From contig MU008193.1 of the NCBI GenBank assembly GCA_010909165.1, positions 186,001 to 250,000 on the forward strand: 64,000 bases of DNA, written 5' to 3'. Source of the stretch: Anthoceros angustus (lineage: Eukaryota > Plantae > Anthocerotophyta). Below the pieces are notes generated by a model. It searched no databases. It was not told the origin of the DNA and saw only the letters and a list, made by a program, of their open reading frames with translations. The position numbers and the translations under genes were made by a program. This document shows positions 57,070-64,000 of this stretch, piece by piece. How positions within the stretch are numbered: position 1 is the first letter of the stretch; the number at the start of each line of letters is the position of its first letter.

Positions 57070-58085
57070 GTTTTACAGGCTTTTAATGTCTTTTAGAGAA
57101 AACCACATCCAACAGGGTCCAGAGCCTCTATCTAGTTTGATCATCTCCCAGGAAAAAGGACTAGTGTCCTGTGGCTGGTGAGTAAGATTCAAAGAAGTCT
57201 CTGTTGTAGCAAATATGTGAAGTAGCTCCACTGTCCAGGTTCCATGAGGTGTTGGAGGGCTTGGAAGAGGCCAAGCATATAGTGAGCATTGCTGGAGTTG
57301 AGGAAGATTGTTTCTTCGCAACAATGTTAGCTCCAGGTGGGGCCTCTTTCCGAGGTTCCCCGTTCTTCTTCTTACGACAATCCTTTTCTATGTGATTTGG
57401 GATTCTGCACCAATTGCATATAATCCCACTCTTCTTGTTACCTCTTGCAAGCGTTGAAGAAGATGCATCTCCATCTTGAAAATTATGTGCAGGATATTGG
57501 GGTCGTTGGGAATCAGAACCTCAGCCTCTGCCTCGTCCTCTTCCTCTACCCCTTTGTGAATACATCACCTGCTGCTTGTTGGCTCTGGAGTGATGGTGAC
57601 CTCTACTTGCCTCCTCCTGTAGCAATGCTCAAATGAGTTCAGAAACACTGATGTCTGGCTCTTCATCTGGATTTTCGTCAACAGCTTTTCTTGCATTGCA
57701 AATTTTGAGTAGTAATAAAGGGCCTATAGGAAGGTGGTAATAAAGATAAGAGAATGACGTAAGCCTCCATCTCTGTAATAGGTACGCCAGTTGCAGATTC
57801 CAAATGAGATTGTGCCACTCAGACTCCTTCATTGTGACTCAATGAATGAGTCTGACTCCATCGAACACCATGTTAATAGCATTAACATGGTGTTCGATGG
57901 AGTCAGACTCCTTCATTGAGAGGTTGCGGAAGTCACGTGAAACTGCAACAATACTCATTACATCTCGAAATGAATATAATTGAGCAAGGTGAGTCCACAT
58001 ATGCTTGGAGGTCTTTGCGTGTGCGACCGATTTGAACATGAACTTCAATCTTCCTGGGACGCCAAGGACCAGAAGGCACAAGATT
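57070..58085 (-). pseudogene. Copia gag-protease fragment
   Basis: DFRNLSMKESDSIEHHV; CNWCRIPNHIEKDC knuckle ~57370-57420; WNLDSGATSHIC protease ~57205-57245. Confidence 0.75.
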
Positions 58086-58976
58086 TATTGGTTAGTGGAA
58101 CAATCAAGAAAGTAGTTACAATATCAACATCATACAAGATAAAAGTAAAGGTGTATCTTAAGCCTATGAAAAGACATCAGAACTGACTTAAATGAATGGG
58201 TGTGTCTATTGACCTAATAGTTGTACCCTTTGACAAACAGTTATGTCTCTTCATTAAACTTAATATTGACTTAATTATGATAAACCCTAAACCCATGCGA
58301 TATGATCAACACTCTTTTTCATCACCTTTCATAATAACATAGCATTAATACTAAACGTCACTTGATGAGTAGGTAGTTAGGGTTTATACACAATGTTTCA
58401 ATTCTAATACTTTTGTACATAACATTTCACCACTCTTTCGTGCAACAACAATCTGCAATTGCTCTCAATTGTTGCAGTGGACACTCTTGTCCTACTCATA
58501 CTCCTAGTCTATTCGCAAAACTGTGAGAAAATTCTTGCTCTGCAATTTTGCAGGGCGATTTTTGTAGTGTTAAACTTTACTTCAGGAGGACAAGGTTTAA
58601 GCACTTTCCACGTTTGGATGTGGGGAAATTGAGCAAGATGCTGGACGACCATCCTGCAAAAATTTAGAAACGTGAGAAGGATTTGACATGAGAGCTGAGC
58701 AGATGCTGAAACCGAAGGTCAAGTATAAGGTGGATGATCAGGGGATCCCGAAACATCCATTCCCATTGCGTTAATACTTTCACACATGGTGTGTCAAATT
58801 AGTCACCGATAACGATTACCTATCATTATTATAGATAGATCTGTACAATGTGTCTCACATGTATCGATTATGATTAATAATAGAGAGATTGGGGTTTTAG
58901 GGTAACCAGTATCCAAAAATGTTACACTAGCCTATTATGTTCCTATGATGTTATGCTAGCCTATGTTCGTAAGTTG

Positions 58977-59875
58977 TTAGGACATGTCATCTCTGTCACT
59001 CTGTGGTTGTAATTCAATAGCTTCTCTCCTATTCATGCGTGCCTTAGACTCTGCAAACATTCGCTGCTGTAATTCCAAAGCTTCTTCTTCTGTCATGCCA
59101 TCCATACACTTATCCTTTGCCGATCTTACACGAGGTTCTTTGGAACTCTGAAAGCCATTGGAGTAGATATTACATAATATCAAAATACATTTCTATCAAT
59201 CAAACTATCACTTCCCTTAAGCAACATTGCATGAATAGGCAAGAAACACCACACTCACCAGGGTTTTCGTCGTGGACTGCTGGCGAGCTAACTCTACCTT
59301 TCGAATGTACTCCTCGAATCCTAGATTCTACAAGCCCACACACGATATTGTCGCCAATTGAATTGCTAGGTATATCCACATTTTGACTGCAGGCGCTGGT
59401 GATCCTACCTTAAGGCCATCCAACACATGCTTTGTAGTTATGGTATTCTTTCCTTCTTCGTTGCATTTCTCATTAGCTTCAAAAGACACCATGTGGATGA
59501 ATTCTGAAAAGGAAAGAGCAAAACCAGTGTATGGCTTAACTTAGGGGACACGGAATACGAGAAATAGTACGAATTGATAGCAAGAATGAAACACTCGCAA
59601 GGATAAATTTAAACAAAAAAGCAGAAAAACCTATTCCAAAAAGGCGTAGGGAATGACGATTCTACCTTCGCAACCCTGCACTAGTAGTTCTTGTGTTTCC
59701 TTGTCAACCCGCATGTCATGCGGCAATATCTCTTTGATATATTTTATAATTGATGCTGGTAGACAATTAAGCACTAGTGTGAGAGAGATTGTAAAACGTC
59801 CATAGTAATGCACAAGTTCAAATTACCTCTAGGAAGGGACACCTTCTCCTTGGGCTCTCCAACTGCTCTATTCAT
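58977..59875 (-). CDS. DR1: Dr1 / NC2-beta (negative cofactor 2 beta, histone-fold), 157 aa, divergent
   Basis: Exons 59875-59827, 59755-59666, 59503-59409, 59327-59259, 59147-58977; introns GT-AG; 474 nt in frame; SLPRA..IKEILPHDMRV, EFIHMVSFEANEKC, LGFEEY and MTEEEALELQQRMFAESKARMN match plant Dr1. Confidence 0.88.
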
Positions 59876-60724
59876 GATTATGATAATGTCTTGTCAACAA
59901 TTCTCAACAACACGGCAAAGCACCTCCACCGGTTGATAATATTTTCTTCTACGATGTTTTCAACAATCATTAAAATTAGCAAAAGAATTATGTTAGCAAT
60001 GAAAATTGTTATAGAATACGAGAATGAGAGCAGGAATGAAGTATCTGAGGACTTCTGTACATAAGGGCATATATATTGGGGAATACACTAATTAAGAACC
60101 TAACATGGTTGTGGTAGCCCTAAAATAGTACCTCACATATATGTGGTATTATAAAATTACATTATTAAACCTAAATAGAGATAGGTGATCCATTAAAATT
60201 TTCAAATTGACATACTATGTTCTATGTGGTCTAAACAAATATTATACATCACTCCTTAAAACTTAGAATCTAGATAAACTTACCTACAAGCACAATTGTT
60301 GAGGAATCGTTGCTTATGTTCACTGTTGCTTAGGAGATGCTTTAAATATAGAATGAGGAGGGTTCTTAGTTCTTGGTTCTTTGGTCATTTAGTCCATGAT
60401 GTGGTCACTTTTTCACACTATTTATAATAGGTTTTTTTCTTATTCAATATTTTTAGTATCTAATATTTGTAATTTTAATAAAATAATATTTTTAATTTAG
60501 TCCTTAATCATTTATATAGCATGTCAATAACAGGTATAGAAAATTTTTTTAACATTTTATGTTTTTGATAATTATGCATCAAGGGGACAAGATTTGAGTG
60601 CATATATTCACCAAAACAAACAAACAATTGCATATATAGCTAATGTCTGTAGTAGGTAACACATAAAATTATGTCTAATATGTGTCCAAATGACTTAGGC
60701 CATATGGACACACATGTATAAGAA

Positions 60725-61215
60725 TGTATAGATGGGGTGCCTTGGTACTTAGATGGGGTGCCTCGAAGGAGCCCTTAGTTCGGTGCAAGTAGCTTAGGTA
60801 CACCATGGTACAGGTTACTAAGTACCGAGTCCCATGCGCTCATATCGCTACTTAGATGGGGTGCCTAAAGGGAGTTGATGCACTTGGTGCAAGTAGCTTA
60901 GGCACACCATGGTACAAGTTGTCAAGTACTAAGTCCCATGGCAGCATCCTGCAAATAGCTTGGCACACCATGGTAGAAGTTATTAAGTACTAAGTCCCAT
61001 GAGTGCATACTACGCTTAGATCGATACTTGGGGTGCCTAAAGAGAGTTATGTACTTGCACCACCATGGTAGAAGTTGTTAAGTACCAAGTCCCATGATTG
61101 GACCATAATAGTCTTCTTTTTCTTCTTCTTAATGCCATGTCACGAGTCTTCTTTTTCTTCTCCTTCATGCCATGTCACGAGTCTTCTTTTTCTTCTTCTT
61201 CATGGCATGCCACTC
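60725..61215. repeat. Two adjacent minisatellites (degenerate ~100-bp unit, ~4 copies; 35-bp unit, 3 copies)
   Basis: CACCATGGTA(C/G)AAGTT..AAGTAC(T/C)AAGTCCCATG recurs about 4 times at 60725-61100; AGTCTTCTTTTTCTTCTYCTTMATGCCATGTCACG starts at 61110, 61145 and 61180. Confidence 0.85.
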
Positions 61216-61880
61216 GTGTTTTAGTGCCAGATCCGAATCCTCAAAAACGGGAGCTGATTTTATTTCGTTGATGATGGATCTCACAAACGGTAGCTGATTG
61301 CTGCCGGTATAGGGCACCATTAGAGCTTGTTGGAATCAACTTAGCAAGTTCTGGATGCTCCTATTTTTTGGTCATTTTAGGTACTGCACTTTGCTTACAA
61401 TCAAGGGATACCCCGAAGTGCCAGATCTGTCAGAAAGACCCACTCATTCTGGGGTTAATCCGGATGGTGCGTGCTTGCCATGGGGATGAGAGTGGATGAG
61501 AGCGGTCTTCCCCAAATGAACAGCCGACCACTCCGCTTACAAGCAGAAATGAATCATGAAGAAATTCAGGCTAAAAGTTAGTTTCGAGTACACAGATCCC
61601 CTGAGCTTGTGCTGAGCAACAAAACTCTCATAGGTATCTCGTGCTTATATCAATTCCATACTTCTCCAACTTTACCCCTAATTTGTGCAAAACCCCACAT
61701 GGACAATCAATCCCGCATGTCAGCTTATGCTATACCAAAAAAATGCGTGTTAGGCAAATGAGGCCGTCGTGCAATGTTCAGATGGGCCATTCATTTGTGA
61801 AGGATCATGACTTGTTACCTGTTAGGTCGAGGCGCAGCTCCAACTTGAAAGAAAACACTTCCTTTGAGAATTCAGTATCC

Positions 61881-63245
61881 TCAGACAGCAGCTACGACAG
61901 GGACCTCGGACCTTTCCCTCCGAGCCAAATGCTGCTTTAAGAAGGTAATTCTAGCAGTCTCAAATGCGCAGTAACCTAGAGCTGAGAAGCATGCACTGTA
62001 CAAAAGGCGAGGCCCAACTCCTCTGGTCAAACCATGCCATCCTTCCTCCACCCAGATCTGGTTCAGAGTGGAGGCAAGGCCCTTGTAAGAGGAAGCAGCA
62101 ATCTTGGCCGTGAGTTCTGCATCAGCCCGTAACGTGGCCTGCACAGCCTCCGTACCCAACAAGACAGACTGTTTAGCTTGAGTCATGAGCCGCGTCTTGG
62201 CAACATCCAGAGGAGTCGTGAGAGCAGCAGATATCACTCCCGCCAGAGCTCCAGAAGTCACACTCTGCCACGGCTCGAGATTGGTCTGTCCAGTTCTCCT
62301 CAACCATCCTGCCTTGAGGTACTCAAAGGAAGAGAAACTGATGACACTGGCAGGGAGGTTTCTCGACAGTGCTGCCGAGTAGCCAGCATAAAGGCCAAGC
62401 ACTCCGTCCTTCTGCACGGTTCTCAGCAACACCTCCCATGATCTTCCCACAGCTCCTGCCTGCATTCTCTGCGTGATAACTTCCTTCGGGACAAGGATGG
62501 CCGAGGACACAATATTCCCCATGGCACCTGCCAGGGGAGGCACCAGCACGGGAGGGCAAGCCGGGATCCGGGCTAGGAGAGACTTCCCAAACTCACAGGT
62601 GCCGAAGTAGATAGCAGATGACAGAACGGAACCAAATATCACAGCCGAAATTCCGCTGTAGAATCCAAGAATCCCCTTGGTTTTCAGTATCTTCATCGCC
62701 ACATCCAGGGGGCCACTGTACAATTCAGCTGCACCTTTAGTCTGAAGCCTGGTCTTGATGGTGTCCAGCGGGTGTAGGCACGCATACGTGAATCCCCCCG
62801 CTACCCCTCCAGCTGCAGCACCAATGCCAGCTCTCTCCAATGTGGAGATTTTCTTCATCAAAACCCTGGACTCCGAGCTGGCTTGAGCAGCCCGGTTGAT
62901 CCACCCTACCTCATCGCTCCCTCTGCTATCTACAGCAGCTCCTGCGGACACAAACTTCACACTGGCACCAGCAAAACATGAATCCCGCCGCTTTCTCGAT
63001 CTTTGCTTCGAGCTGGCGCCTCTTTCCCACACCGACTTTCCAACTTCGTCGGGAAGGAATTTGAGAAGCCTGCTGCCATCGTTCCACCCGCCGTGAGCAC
63101 CTTCAACGAAAGGGCTGTACTCCACCTCAAAACCATCGACCATCTCTCCGAATCCGAGTGCAAAGAAAGGACCCGACTGTTGCGCAATCCGGTCTGAGAG
63201 ATGCCCTTGCAGGGTACGCCATTGCCGGCTTCCCGAGGGCGTCAT
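61881..63245 (-). CDS. MFL1: Mitoferrin-like 1, mitochondrial-carrier-family protein (plastid type), single exon, 454 aa
   Basis: Three carrier repeats (PLDTIKTRLQ, PKEVITQRMQ, PLDVAKTRLM); ERAGIGAAAGG, SSAIYFGTCEFGKSLL, RNLPA..SFSSFEYLK and SACFSALGY.AFETAR match Arabidopsis MFL1 as recalled. Confidence 0.9.
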   Translation of the reverse strand: MTPSGSRQWRTLQGHLSDRIAQQSGPFFALGFGEMVDGFEVEYSPFVEGAHGGWNDGSRLLKFLPDEVGKSVWERGASSKQRSRKRRDSCFAGASVKFVSAGAAVDSRGSDEVGWINRAAQASSESRVLMKKISTLERAGIGAAAGGVAGGFTYACLHPLDTIKTRLQTKGAAELYSGPLDVAMKILKTKGILGFYSGISAVIFGSVLSSAIYFGTCEFGKSLLARIPACPPVLVPPLAGAMGNIVSSAILVPKEVITQRMQAGAVGRSWEVLLRTVQKDGVLGLYAGYSAALSRNLPASVISFSSFEYLKAGWLRRTGQTNLEPWQSVTSGALAGVISAALTTPLDVAKTRLMTQAKQSVLLGTEAVQATLRADAELTAKIAASSYKGLASTLNQIWVEEGWHGLTRGVGPRLLYSACFSALGYCAFETARITFLKQHLARRERSEVPVVAAV

Positions 63246-63849
63246 CGCCGTCTTCTTTCACAACACTCACGCCGCGATCGGCGTGTCCGCCATCGCCACG
63301 GCTACGCTGCGCTACTCCCGTTTGCAGATATTAGGGTTTCAATTCACTCACAAAGGGGGACACTCAAACACGAAACAGTACGAACAGAAGCTTGAAACCG
63401 ATGATGTCCGTCCTTATGCACAAGAATCACAAATTAAATTGTACACAAGCTGGAATTCGCTCGCATTTGAGAGCGTACAACCGATCCTCTTCGAGGTCAT
63501 CAGCGTCAGCTAGGAAATTAGTTGAACGGCCTGAGTCTCCATCTCTCGCTCTCAGGAGGCTCGCTGGTGTGTGGGGAAGATGAGAGGCTATAGCTTCACG
63601 GAACATCCTCCACAGTACCAGATTTGAGGTGCGCAGAGCTCCTCTCAGGGCTCCAAGGGCTCTCTTCTCTGCCGTTGCTCTGGGCAGATGAGCCCAGCCC
63701 TGACCAGATCCGCGGGTGGGATCCGATGGCGGGGCTCTGATGCACATGGGATGGATGTGGCTTGCCAAGGTCGGAACCACAGCTTCCACAGCCATCATGC
63801 TGTGCAGCGTTGAGCTTGGCCGGTGCTGCTGTGCGCGTTGTAAGAGGGC

Positions 63850-63999
63850 TCATGTGGTGATGGGCGCTTTGGGGGCGTGGTCGTTCTCTATGAGAACAGG
63901 CTCCGATTCTTCCGACTTGCGGGCCATTTTGACAGGAAGCCCATCCTTCGGGACAGGGAAAGGGGAATAGGTGACACCACCAGCAGTCGCTACCGTCTC
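63850..63999 (-). CDS. Possible 3' end of an unidentified gene running off the window
   Basis: Open frame ETVATAGGVTYSPFPVPKDGLPVKMARKSEESEPVLIENDHAPKAPITT* from the window edge; no recognisable domain. Confidence 0.25.
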   Translation of the reverse strand, partial: ETVATAGGVTYSPFPVPKDGLPVKMARKSEESEPVLIENDHAPKAPITT

Positions 64000-64000
64000 C

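Noticed and set aside
58977-59875. LEC1/NF-YB regulator next to the storage genes
   Set aside because: The C-terminal MTEEEA..QQRMFAE.KARMN and LP.D.RV motifs identify Dr1/NC2-beta, not NF-YB.
60725-61215. CRISPR-like array
   Set aside because: Eukaryotic context, no unique equal-length spacers and no cas genes.
63427-63798. 123-aa minus-strand ORF upstream of MFL1
   Set aside because: No recognisable domain; follows a stop in the same frame, so it may be UTR or TE sequence.

Overview
Eukaryotic, land-plant-type genomic DNA, most likely from a seed-free plant such as a fern or lycophyte (inference from TE lineages and gene content). Most of the window is nested, decayed LTR retrotransposons: an Athila-like Ty3/Gypsy element that retains gag, protease and integrase but has no RT/RNase H (1-11829); a full-length Copia with a 5-bp TSD (16634-28082) carrying a nested 4.5-kb TG..CA unit that encodes a long ORF; a second Copia with TSD (48536-54911) carrying an inverted relative of that unit; several Copia gag/pol fragments; and CACTA remnants. 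Host genes are a tandem cluster of three 5-exon, signal-peptide-bearing 11S/legumin-like bicupin genes (33.5-42.6 kb; no Cys or internal Met; one with a long Arg/Glu repeat), a divergent Dr1/NC2-beta gene, and MFL1 (mitoferrin-like carrier). The most notable hidden feature is a decayed, intronless DNMT3-like C5 DNA methyltransferase (motifs VI-X) on the minus strand at 11830-12480, cut by the Gypsy 3' LTR and possibly TE-borne. TE copies are full of small indels and microhomology-bounded tandem duplications while genes are nearly intact, so unpolished long-read error is a real caveat. All assignments come from manual translation and alignment; no searches were run.
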